Positions 12,264 to 23,679 of a stretch of 64,000 nt of DNA are shown piece by piece. The position numbers were made by a program, and so were the translations under genes. Origin of the DNA: Neoconidiobolus thromboides FSU 785 (taxonomy: Eukaryota > Fungi > Entomophthoromycota); NCBI GenBank assembly GCA_025603075.1, contig MU626304.1, positions 1 to 64,000 on the forward strand. Direction: 5' to 3'. Below the pieces are notes generated by a model that had not been told where the DNA came from, searched no databases, and worked only from the letters and a program-made list of their open reading frames with translations. How positions within the stretch are numbered: position 1 is the stretch's first letter; every line of letters starts with the position of its first letter.

Positions 12264-13513
12264 TTGAAAAGAAGAGTAAGAAATAAACTTTTATTAAAGT
12301 GGTTTAGAGCTTAAATGGTGTCATTTCACCCAACCAAATGACTCAATAGAATAATGCCGATATTGAGCAAAATAAATCCAGCTTAAGCTCAAAAATGACC
12401 AATTATATATAGGCATTTATTACTGTACAATATACTATTGGCTTCTTTTATTATCTTTCACCCATTTTTTTAATTATCGTTTTAAAGTGACCGTTTTATG
12501 TGGATTCTATTATTCTTAAAAAACTTAGATTTTTTAACCAAAAGGGGCTTATGGACAAATCTCTAAAGTAACACTATGTAAAATGATAGGTACCCTTAGG
12601 CTATTTTCAATTAAGTAATGTGGACTGAATATACTTACAATGTATAAATTATAAACCCTAAGCAAAGCACTTTGTTTCAAAACCAAGATGCTCGACCCTT
12701 CCTATTATTAATTTAAAACGACCCACTATTTGCTGCATCTCCCTGAAAGTTTTATTTTATTTTTTTTGCTTCCCCTTACTTTTATCGTATTAAATTAGAA
12801 ACCTATACTTATTTTATCCTTTTACTATTTCATTACCCAACTAGATTTTATAGAAAAGCAAAACAACATTGTAAAATATTATGTGTTGTTTACTATATTT
12901 GTAGATTTTAAATTTAAACCTGATTTGTTTCATCTAAAATTTAATTTAATTTATCCCTTAGCTGAAATGGGAAATTTGTTAGTTTTTCATGGTACTGGTG
13001 GAGTAGTACCTCTAACGTGGAAAATCGATATACGAGGGTCATAATACCGTACCTTATATGCCTCAATAAACAATTCATACGATTAATTTCAATTTAGGCT
13101 TGTTATTGTTTAGATAAGCAAAATGCTATTTGAAATAACACAAGTAAATACTTTGTCTGGTGATACTAAAACTTAGAATAAGATGATTCAACTGAATTCT
13201 TTATTGAAAAATAGTAGTACGTCTTAATCATCACATTATTATTATTGTAAAGCTACATATTGTTGTTTGTATATTTCTTTCGACTGTTATTTACTATATT
13301 CCTATTACCATATAAATGTATATTATTTTAAAATTCACATAAAATTAATGCCCTCGATCTTACCAAATAAATCCAATATAAATGTTCTTGATAATAAATA
13401 ATAATTAATTTATGATTTAATAAAGTAATTATTTTTCAGCCGTGGTTCTATCGTTTTATTTTGTTTACTGTATTTTGTTCTTTATTTTTAACGATTTAAA
13501 AAAATTTCAACCT

Positions 13514-13792
13514 ATGTATTCCCCTTTGCCATTTTTCCTCATCCTGCTTGGTCCAATTTTAACTAACGATATTTCTGAAGGGCGCTGCCATAATCATGAT
13601 GGTAGAGTTACTACAGCATGTAACTTCTGTTGTTACTCCAAGTGGATCACATACCAAAAAGAGTGTGATAATTTCAATAGCGTCAAAGAGATTAAGGCAT
13701 GCATTAAGTTAGGAGTTAGTAAATTTAATTTCTGTCAAGTATGTTGTAATAAAAGAGGGATGTTCTGTGATAATTTTAAAAATAAAAGTTAA
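13514..13792 (+). CDS. Small secreted cysteine-rich protein A (92 aa, 10 Cys)
   Basis: First in-frame ATG followed by a hydrophobic leader; Cys spacing colinear with its neighbour. Confidence 0.75.
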   Translation: MYSPLPFFLILLGPILTNDISEGRCHNHDGRVTTACNFCCYSKWITYQKECDNFNSVKEIKACIKLGVSKFNFCQVCCNKRGMFCDNFKNKS

Positions 13793-13911
13793 AGCTTTTA
13801 AGATAACCATCTCTTTTTATCTGTTTATTCATTCTTTTCTATTTGTAATTAAAATTAAAAAATAAATGCTCACTTTGCTTCATTAAATCAGACTTTATTA
13901 TTAAGCTCTCC

Positions 13912-14181
13912 TTATAAATATTTCTTTTCACACTTCTCCTGCTTATCATTACAACATTTTTGACATTTGTCGAGTGAATCAAAAGACTTCTTATGGCATT
14001 GTTTGTATGTTTCAATTTTCTGAGTATTATCGTCACAGTCGAGGTAAGCTTCACTCCATTTTTGATAACAACAATAGATACATGCCGAAGTTACACTACC
14101 ATCTCCGTTTGAGCAGTTTTCATAGTCCGAGTATGCAGCTGTTAAGGCACAAAATAAAAGGACGGGATAAAGATATTTCAT
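13912..14181 (-). CDS. Small secreted cysteine-rich protein B (89 aa, 10 Cys), paralog of A
   Basis: Signal peptide MKYLYPVLLFCALTAAYS; shared DG-x-VT-x-AC-x2-CCY-x-KW motif. Confidence 0.8.
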   Translation of the reverse strand: MKYLYPVLLFCALTAAYSDYENCSNGDGSVTSACIYCCYQKWSEAYLDCDDNTQKIETYKQCHKKSFDSLDKCQKCCNDKQEKCEKKYL

Positions 14182-14594
14182 TAGTTAGATTTATTAAATG
14201 GAAAAATGAGAGAGAAAATTTCTTTGAATTTTTGACTTAAGAACATTGAGTAGAGTAGTGAATTTTTTTAGGAAACTTGAAAACGAAGTAAATTCTTTTT
14301 GAAGGGAGTTTTTAAAGGATAAATTACAAGTAACTTATAGTCTGTAGTGTAAAAATGAACAACATAAAATCAAGATTCAAATAACTTTTATTAGATTTAA
14401 TATTTAGTTGTTATTTGGAGCTTGATAGCATCTTATCAACTTGCACTATCCCAAATTATTTGTTATTTCAACAAAATAAAATTGATATAAAAAAGTAAAT
14501 AAAAGATTACAAAGTAGACTTGAATATAATACAAAAATCAACACTGTTAAATCAAGAAATAATCTTAAGAGAAGATCAAAATAACATTAAAACC

Positions 14595-15092
14595 ATGAGC
14601 TTAATTGCTTTCTACTTTGATCCGTTTTATTACCTCATTGCAGCCACTACTTCATTTGCAAACAATATATATATTGATTATAATATATTAATTGTAATAT
14701 TAATATTTAAAACAAATCAGTTAATCTCAACTGCAAAAATAAAATCTACAATCACCCAAAAATGATTATACCAAAGCCAAATGAGAAGAAACCATATATG
14801 CATTTATCAGGGGAAACAACTAAGAACACTTCATTGTATGTTGATAAAAATTAGTTAAAAATAAGGATAGTGAGTCTGATGTGGATGGTAATATTGTAAA
14901 TTCATTCAATTGGTTATATATAAATGGATTATTTAGTTAGTTGTTTGTTTTTAGGTTTATGAAGCTGAGTTGTCAAGTCCTTATCGCATTATTTCTTCGA
15001 ATAGTTCAGCTATATTTATGAGTCATTGTAACAGTAAACTAAATCCTGTTGTTGCTAATGACTATATTATCGCTAAGCCTCCTTATAGTTGA
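14595..15092 (+). pseudogene. Third, frameshifted I78 inhibitor paralog
   Basis: Intron 14896-14954 is at the conserved position. Exon 2 VYEAELSSPYRIISSNSSAIFMSHCNSKLNPVVANDYIIAKPPYS* is colinear (45 aa) with paralog 2. Exon 1 is frameshifted at the A-run 14846-14850 and again further upstream. Confidence 0.75.
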
Positions 15093-15452
15093 TTAAGTTC
15101 TAACAATAGATACAACTATTAGTATTTTAGTTTATTTTCATAGTTTGTCCTATTATTTATTAGCAATCTTTATAAGTTCATAGTATTAAAACTAAAATTT
15201 AACGAATATAATATTTTTATGTATAAAAGTATAACAACTATAGTTTTAAATTATATAATTAATAAAAAATCGTTTCTAAAATCTTTAACTGTGATAAAAA
15301 TAAAGACATTAGACTAATCCCAAGTCATCATAACAACACACCACTATTTAAAAAAATTGTCAACTTAAAACTCTAAGTTAAAATAAACGCCAAAATTCAA
15401 AAACTTAATTCTTATTCTTAAATACTAACAAAACATTACTTTCGAAAAAAGA

Positions 15453-16822
15453 ATGGAATCCAAGGAGCTTATCACAGACTTAAAAAAGTTTAGCTATAGA
15501 GAAGTGTTACAGTGCTCTTATACCGAATGGTATCAATTATTTGAACCTTATTTGATAAAAAGTCAAGTTATTCCATTAAACAACAAATTAATTGAATACC
15601 TAAAAAGTGACTCGATGAAGATACCAAGCAAGTTTTTGTTAGGATTAGATAAAAGGTAATTTTAAGAGTGAGAAAGCAATTGTTTGAATACTAATATTAC
15701 TAGTCAGTTATCAGACGATGATGAAGAGGAAGAAGAAAGTGAAGAGGAAGAAAGTGAAGAAGAAGAAGAAAATGAAGAACAAAAAGTAAGTCAACAAATT
15801 ACTAAACAAAGCCAACTTATTTATATCAAAAGGAACCAGAACTAAATAAACTAGAAGTGATGGAGTTACTAGAAGAATTGAATATAATTGTTAGTAAATC
15901 TATTGAAGAATTACAAGGTTCAGTTATACCAAAGTTAAATTGGTCAGCACCAAAGGTAATGAATATTTGTAGCTTTGTTTATAAAATAGTTAACAAAAAC
16001 AGGATGCCATTTGGATATCAGCAAGTAAAAATTTACAGTGTAAAAATTTGGGGGATATTTTATTGTTATTAAAGTCCAGTGATGATATTGAATATGATTT
16101 AAATAGGGCATTTGAATTATGCTATGATAAAGAACGAGTTGATTTAAGTACAGTAAATTATAATTTGATTTTAAAAACTTGGTTTAATATGGATCATGGA
16201 TTTGAATTTCGTTGCTTTATATTGAACGGGAAGTTAGTTGGTAAGTATTGTATTCTATATACGTTGTATATGTAGTTTACTTATATTCATTAGGTATTTC
16301 TCAAAGGGATAGCAATTATTATTCATATTTAAAACAAGAAAAAGAGTGGGTCATTAAATTAATTATTAATTTTTTTAATCATGTTATAAAAGAGAAGTTT
16401 CCATTAACTAACTGTAAGTATATTATGTTATTTATGTTATTTATGTTGTTTATGTATTTATAATACTATTAGATACAGTAGACATTTATGTTGTTAAATT
16501 AACTAAAAGTATTAAAATCCTTGATTTTAATCCAGTATCAACTGCAACCCATCCCTTATTATTTGAATGGAGTGAACTATTAGAATTAAGTAATTTATTA
16601 TTTATTTAATATAGTAATAATATATTAATATTAATACCAATAATTTGTTTAGATAATGATGATAAATTACCAATATTTAGATTTATAGAAAGTGAAGTAG
16701 ATAGTCAATATAATAGATCTATAAGATCTGGATTAAATTCATATCCAATAGATTTAGTTCATAGTAATTCAAATGAAGTTGATCAATTATTAAATCAAAT
16801 TAAAATAGAAGATAAACAATAA
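15453..16822 (+). CDS. CDC123: Cell division cycle protein 123 (D123, eIF2 assembly factor), multi-exon
   Basis: QCSYTEWY...IKSQVIPL...IEYLKSD, PKLNWSAPK, LLLKSSD and FEFRCFI motifs. Confidence 0.92.
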
Positions 16823-16876
16823 ATATATATTAATTTTATCATCATATTATATTATGTAACATGAACATTCTCTATT

Positions 16877-18091
16877 TTATTTAGTTTTGTCTTTTAAATT
16901 CTTACTGTTATTTTGCTTTTCATAATAACGTATCAGCGAATAACAACCGGAACCTATTATAACTATACTTATTCCAACCCCATTCTAATAAAAATTTAAT
17001 TATAAGTATAAAAGGAAAAAGATGGGAATAGACTTACAACAAGATTAATAGGATTCTTAAATATATAAGCAGCTAATAATGTTTGTACAGCAGCCTAGTT
17101 GGATTATTAGTAACCTTATAAGAATCATGAGTATAAATACAGGTATATAGCTTACTTTAGCAGTACCAGAGATACAATTAGACAAAGGGGAAGTAAATTT
17201 GATTTGCAAAAAGATAGCATAATTAATTAAAAACCCAAAGATAGCAGTAACTGACATAATCAACCAAAAATTAGTGTTATGAATATACTCAAATTGAAGG
17301 ATTTGGTTGTATTCCCCACTAATAAAAATCGTCGGTAATAATAACGTTATAGATATTAATGTGTTGTAGAATAATAATAACCTAAATAAACAGTATTAAT
17401 ATTTAAGGTCTATTATTAGCTAAATGCAAATTAAATAGCATTACCATTCATCCCCTTGAACAACTACTAATACTTTTTTAACCATAATAGAATAAGTAGA
17501 TACAAATATAGAAGAAAGAATGCCAGCAATTAAACCAATCCAAGAAAATTTAATTTCACTTACACTACCTAAAACAAAACCAGCAAATACAAAGATGCAA
17601 GAATAAATGATTTTTGAATTGATCTTTTCATTTAAAAATAAAAAGGAGAATAACAAATTAAATATAATTGTCAGAGAACGTGCTACCTATAAAACAATAG
17701 TTAATTAGTGTTTTTTCCATATATCGATCTCCTTTACTTGATAGAAAGTAACCTCAACATAGTTTAAGCATAAGTTATTAAATAACAACATCCCGAGGTA
17801 AATCAATGATAAGGGCAAGATCTTTTTTAAAATATTCCATTGAAACTCAAATTTTATACTGTTTAGATTATTATGTAAATTAAGTTATAATAACGCGAAT
17901 GGAAATTACCTTCTATTCCTTAAAACTAAACATATTAATGCCAAACTTATGATCAATTGAAACCAAGTTACAAATAAAATGTATGGAAATAAATATTTCC
18001 CATTAAATATAAACTTATTTAAAAATACTAAAGATAATGAAGTAATCCAATAAAAACTTATTATGCCCAACGTCTTTGTCTCTAACGCCAT
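16877..18091 (-). CDS. GDP-fucose transporter-like nucleotide-sugar transporter (SLC35C1/TPT family), multi-exon
   Basis: YWITSLSLVFLNK, FVTWFQ, NNLCLNYVEVTFYQVARSL and QIKFTSPLSNCISGTAK. Confidence 0.82.
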
Positions 18092-18382
18092 CCTTTTATT
18101 ATATTATGCAAGTAACAAAATAAATTTTAATTTTTTAGATTTTTTTAATCTTAAATTCACTTTTTAACCAATCATTTTGACTTCTGTTGACTAATTTTTG
18201 AGTTTTCTCTTAAGATTAAACTAACTTTTAATTATTTTTGATAAAATTATCTCCATCAACTCAAATTGATCCTTTCATGTTAACAAATATTGTTAAAGAC
18301 TTTTAATAACTCTTACCAGTAATCCTTATAAATTTCTATTAATTATTTATATAAGTTTTTATTATTGAATGTTAATAATAAT

Positions 18383-18489
18383 ATATGGGAGTGTTTTTTT
18401 TGACTTCATTATTTTTTCCATTTTTTAAGCACTATTTGAGTGGAAAATTTGTTAGTAAAATTGTTAAACACAAAAATACATCCCTATAT
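18383..18489 (+). mobile_element. MITE copy 6 (GGGAGTG-end subfamily), TSD ATAT
   Basis: Full-length; near-identical to the reverse complement of copy 8. Confidence 0.95.
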
Positions 18490-18646
18490 TTAAAAAATTA
18501 TATAACAATAGCTAGCTAGCTTGCTAGCTTGCAAGGTCACTATAAGTTTCATGAAACTAATATTATGATAGTTTAAAGAGAAATTATTAAAAAAACAATA
18601 AAGCAGTATAAATAATTGTAAATTTTTAGTTTTTTAGTTTTCTAAA

Positions 18647-18753
18647 ATATGAGGATGTTTTTTTTGGTTTCATTACTTTTTCCACCTTTTAAGCGCCATT
18701 TGAGCAGAAAAATTATTAGCAAAATCCTTAAACACAAAAATGTATCCCCATAT
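18647..18753 (+). mobile_element. MITE copy 7, TSD ATAT
   Basis: Full-length family core. Confidence 0.93.
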
Positions 18754-18800
18754 TTTAGTGAAAAAACTCTATAAAAGTAATATGTTCTTTATTAAAAAAT

Positions 18801-18907
18801 ATATGGGGATGTATTTTTGTGTTTAACAATTTTACTAACAAATTTTCCACTCAAATAGTGCTTAAAAAATGGAAAAAATAATGAAGTCAAAAAAAAACAC
18901 TCCCATA
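18801..18907 (-). mobile_element. MITE copy 8 (GGGAGTG-end subfamily), TSD ATAT
   Basis: Full-length. Confidence 0.95.
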
Positions 18908-19131
18908 TATATTATCAGTTAAAATTGTATATAATTGTGAAACATCACTTTTCCAGCCCCATGGTTAATTATAATATAACAATCACCTAAGCTGCTGTGT
19001 TCTCGAGTTCAGAGACAATCAATCCCATGTTCTTGTTTTGATTCGCTATGAGAATTTTTATCTTCGTCTCAAAGGATACTATCCCCTCATTTTGATATTT
19101 GTACTTGTCAGAATATAAAAGAGCTTTTAGA

Positions 19132-19238
19132 ATATGGGGATGTATTTTTGTATTTAAGAATCTTACTAACAAATTTTCCGCTTAAATAGCACTTAAAAAA
19201 TGGAAAAAATAATGAAGTCAAAAAAGACACTCCCATAT
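19132..19238 (-). mobile_element. MITE copy 9 (GGGAGTG-end subfamily), TSD ATAT
   Basis: Full-length. Confidence 0.95.
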
Positions 19239-19621
19239 AGTAACTCGGGGTTTTTTAACTTAATTATTCCCTGATATCTCGTACATTTAATAAAGCCACT
19301 AAGTTTTCTTAATGGTATTTTGCGTACATTTCATATTAATGTTGTCTATTATATTTGTCTTACATAGTTCATAGCCTATTACATGCTATTCTTCATAACC
19401 CAAGTCTATCTTAGTCACATAAACTAAGACCTTTCGACTTATAACATAGTCAACTAGGCAATAGCTGTTTTTGGCTCCAATCATTGAGTACCAGGTTTCA
19501 CAGTGCTTACTTTTTTAAATTAAATTTGAAACTATAATACTAAATATAAATATTAAAATATACAGAGCTTTTTACTAATCGTTATAATAAAAAACAGCTA
19601 TTATTATATTTTGTTGTATAC

Positions 19622-19727
19622 AACTGAGGATGTATTTTTGTATTTAAGAGTTTCATTAGCAATTTTTTCACTCAAATAGTGCTTAAAAAATGGGAAAAGT
19701 AATAAAGCCAAAAAAACATCCTCAATT
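19622..19727 (-). mobile_element. MITE copy 10
   Basis: GAGGATG...CATCCTC; flanks AACT/AATT. Confidence 0.9.
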
Positions 19728-20231
19728 GTTTAATTAAAGTATTAAAAAAAGTTTGACATAATGATTTAAAGCTTTTCAAATTATTTTTTAATATTAGCTT
19801 TTAATAAAGCTATTAAGTTTCATAGTATCTTTTATTTTACTTACTTTATGTAGTTTATAGTTTATTGCAAACTATATTTATTGCTTTAAGTTTATATTAG
19901 TTATATAAACTAAGAGTTTTTAACTTATAACCAGTTAATTAAGCAAAAATTCCTTTTGACTTTAATTATTAATTATCGATTTTTATATTTGTTAGCTCTT
20001 TTTACACTTGGTTTAATGTATAAAGTAAAACATTAGTTGTTTATTATTAACTATTTTTTTAAAACTAGGTTAAATAAATTATGAATACTTTTTTATTTAT
20101 AAGTTTTACTTTGTTTTTTGTTTTAAAATATTATTGATAGCAAGTTAAAATATATATTTGTTTAAAAAATTTACTGACAGCTTTTCTGCTTAAATAGTGT
20201 ATCAGCAATAGAAGTAGTAACTGGAAAATAA

Positions 20232-20444
20232 TTAATGATTGCCTCGAAAAACAGCATTACTATTTTGTTTTCTACTATCATCGACTAATTTTATATCATT
20301 TGAATCTAACAAACATATTGGGATTAATGATCTTATACCGCAATCCTTACTAATAACAGGAGTAGTTGACTCATTATTATTTTGGATTATGGTTGGCGCA
20401 GCAAAAATAATAGGTATAAAAAAAGCAGTCAGTTTAGTATTCAT
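20232..20444 (-). CDS. Tiny putative secreted peptide (70 aa)
   Basis: ATG with hydrophobic leader; a homologous relic at 45804-46012 supports it being a real gene family. Confidence 0.55.
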   Translation of the reverse strand: MNTKLTAFFIPIIFAAPTIIQNNNESTTPVISKDCGIRSLIPICLLDSNDIKLVDDSRKQNSNAVFRGNH

Positions 20445-20655
20445 TATTAACTAGTAAGTAATAGTTAAAAGAGTGAGATTTTTGATTCAAGATTTTATTT
20501 TGTTATCTTTTTTATATTCTATATCCTTTGTTGCATCACTTTGATAAGATTATGTTTTTTAATATCCTCAAGATCTAAGTTCTCCTTGCACAACAACTAT
20601 TTCATAATCAATTTCAAATATAAAGTTGGAACTGTTGTTAACTGATTATTTTAGC

Positions 20656-20735
20656 ATTTGGGGATGTGTTTTTGTAATAATTCTACTAATAATTTTTCCA
20701 CAAAAAAAAGATGAAACCAACAAACACCCTCATTT
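20656..20735 (-). mobile_element. MITE copy 11 (internally deleted), TSD ATTT/ATTT
   Basis: Both ends retained, ~25 bp of the centre missing. Confidence 0.75.
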
Positions 20736-22204
20736 CCTAATAATTTGTGGCTGTTAGTATGCTTTGATATTCTAATTAAGTTAGAATTTGTAACAAGTTT
20801 AATATTTGACAAAAAATAAACTTTGAGTTGAATTTATTAGGAATTCCATAAGTAATGGTGCAAAAAGTGGAGAAATTTGTAGACTCTTTCAATGAGGGTA
20901 ATAGGTTGCAAAAGTGTAAGCTACTTTTTGCAAAGTTGGTACTGTTTTTCAGAAAAACATAAATCAGCCGAAAAAATATTAATTAGATGATTGATTGTGT
21001 TACAAAAAAATTGATTTTGTCAAAAATTAGCTCTTTAAAAAGTTCAGAAATTGAATTTACTGTTTTAGCTAAAAGCAATGCTTTTTAGCTGAAATTTTGC
21101 ATGATTACTTATGAAGTTATCTAATGTATTAAAATTTCCACCATCTATAGTAAAGCGTTTTTCTAGTTTGAAAATTGCTTCTATTTTATTTAATATAAAA
21201 TTCAAAAATTTTAAATTAATGTTAAAACTTTTTTCAAATTGAAATTTAATACAACTTTTGTTTCAGTTAAATTTACCATATAAAAAAATAAACAATTTGT
21301 TACCAATTAATAGTAAATAACGTGATTGGTTGGATTCAGCTGCTAAAAATGAAAAAAACGAATGACAATTTTTGAAACATTAAATTTACTTTAATTAAGT
21401 TGAAGCTTAAATTGAAATTCTATTTTTTGAACAATATTTGACTTCATAAAACTAGAATATTGTGTTGTTTTATAAATAATAACATTTATTAGTAATAATA
21501 GAGATCAATATTACAAAAAAATTACACTTATTATAACATAATAACCTAATATTTTAATGAATTACTTATAATTTATTAAATTATAAAATGACATTATGTT
21601 TGATCATTAGAACGGATATTTAATTTATTTATTTTACATATTAAAAAAGATTATTGGTTAATTAAAAAACATTGTCGGTTTTGAAAGTAAAATAGGCTTA
21701 AGCTTCAATTAAAATATTCCACTAGAAGCAATTTATTTCATTTATTAATAGCAATTTTAGAACTTCATAGAATAATTTGGTCACTTTACTTCCTTCATTA
21801 GAAGAAGAGCCAATGATTTTTTTCCATTAAATTGGATTTCTTTATCAATTTCTAAGTTGAGAGTTATTTTGCACTTCATTGGTTAAAATGGTTCAATTTA
21901 CACAATAACTTTAACTTTAATTGGTTAAATCAATCAGGTGGTTTATCAATTTAATTTGATTTGATCCTCAAAGTTTATCTTGAACAATAAAATAGAGTGG
22001 TGTTTGTTAGAGCGTGGGAATATTAAATTAGTTGGTAAAATTTAATAAAATGAAACGTATAAATAAAGTATTGAAACAATATCAAATCCAGTTTTATTTT
22101 TTCAAATCTAATTATTTAATATTCAAAAATCATCTTTGTATCTATCAACTTTTTTATTTCAATTTTTATCTATCCTTTTTATTTCAATACTTCATCTTCT
22201 CAAT

Positions 22205-23284
22205 ATGGCGACCATCAGTCTTAATTTTAAAGCTACTGCAACTAATTTCATTAACAATTTTACTTTATTAAAAAAACAAAGTATTAGTAAACTCAATTCT
22301 TTACTCGAGCAAAAATACAAACGAGTTGTGACTAGCATCAGTAACAATACTCCCGCCTTTAATCACAATCATTTACAGCAACAAAACAATTTCGAAGAAT
22401 ATAATTTCCTTCCCATCAATAAAGCATGCAAAGGAGCGATTGTATTATGTCATGGATTATATGGCTATGATGTTAAAGGACCTAAGAATTATCCACGATT
22501 ACAAACCCATTATTGGCCAGGAATTAAAGAAAGTTTAGAGAAAATGGGAAATGAAGTGATTATTACAAAAGTAAATGAAATTGGTACTATTAAAGAAAGA
22601 GCTTATCAATTAAATGAACAATTAAATAAGTTGTGCAAAGATAAACAAGTTAATTTAATTGGTCATTCTATGGGCGGTTTAGATTCTAGATATTTAATTA
22701 CTCATATTCAAGAGAAAAAGTATAATGTATTATCATTAACTACAATCTCCACTCCACATAGAGGGTCATACTTAATTGATTATTTTTTGAAAATATTAAA
22801 TGAAATGAAGAGTAATACTAATAACAATAACAAAAGTGAACAAGAAACAATGTTAAGTGTATTAACTAAATTATACAATACTAACATCTATATGTATAAT
22901 TTATTAAAATATTTGTTAAATAAGCCAGCTTATTTTAATTTAAATTGTAATTATATGAAAAATTATTTTAATCCTAATACTCCCAACAATCCCAATATCA
23001 AATATTATTCTTATTCAACAAAGGTAGATACGGCTCCATTAAGCAACCCATCTCTTCTATTTCCTTATTATGTTATTAATAAATATGAAGGTATTAATGA
23101 TGGCGTAGTTTCTGTTAATTCAGCTAAATGGGGAAAACATCTGGATACTATTAATTCATCTCATTTGATGGTGTTAGATGAAACGGATAAAAATTTATTT
23201 ACTGCTGATAGGCCTGATGTTAAATTTAACTCCAAGGATCTTTTTGCTAATATTTCTACCAATTTATACAATAATAACTGTTAA
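22205..23284 (+). CDS. TGL2: Triacylglycerol lipase, alpha/beta hydrolase (TGL2-like), intronless
   Basis: VLCHGLYG, GHSMGGLDSRY nucleophile elbow, TTISTPHRGS and NDGVVSVNSAKWG; first ATG at 22205. Confidence 0.8.
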   Translation: MATISLNFKATATNFINNFTLLKKQSISKLNSLLEQKYKRVVTSISNNTPAFNHNHLQQQNNFEEYNFLPINKACKGAIVLCHGLYGYDVKGPKNYPRLQTHYWPGIKESLEKMGNEVIITKVNEIGTIKERAYQLNEQLNKLCKDKQVNLIGHSMGGLDSRYLITHIQEKKYNVLSLTTISTPHRGSYLIDYFLKILNEMKSNTNNNNKSEQETMLSVLTKLYNTNIYMYNLLKYLLNKPAYFNLNCNYMKNYFNPNTPNNPNIKYYSYSTKVDTAPLSNPSLLFPYYVINKYEGINDGVVSVNSAKWGKHLDTINSSHLMVLDETDKNLFTADRPDVKFNSKDLFANISTNLYNNNC

Positions 23285-23443
23285 AGATTATTATTGATTA
23301 TCTCTTATGCTACCTTCTATGATTTCTTCTCTTTTCTTCTCTTCATTCTTTGCTTTCGTTGTTACTAATAAATAACTTAATAAATTTCAAATTGATTTGT
23401 ACGTTTTAATTATTAAAAGCTTATAATTTTTTTTCCTAAAAAC

Positions 23444-23545
23444 ATTTGGGGATGTTTTTTTTGATTTCATTACTTTTCCATTTTTAAGCGCTATTTGAGT
23501 GAAAAAGCTAGTAAAATTCTTAAACAGAAAAACACATCCTTATTT
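23444..23545 (+). mobile_element. MITE copy 12, TSD ATTT/ATTT
   Basis: Family core. Confidence 0.9.
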
Positions 23546-23679
23546 TTTGTTTTTAAGCTTAAAATACAAATTCTTAGCCAATCTAATAACAATAAAAATC
23601 AGTCATAATCAAAAACAAAGCAAATATTGATTTTTTAATAATTTCTTTTAATTATAATAGAATTCATCTAACAATGTGT

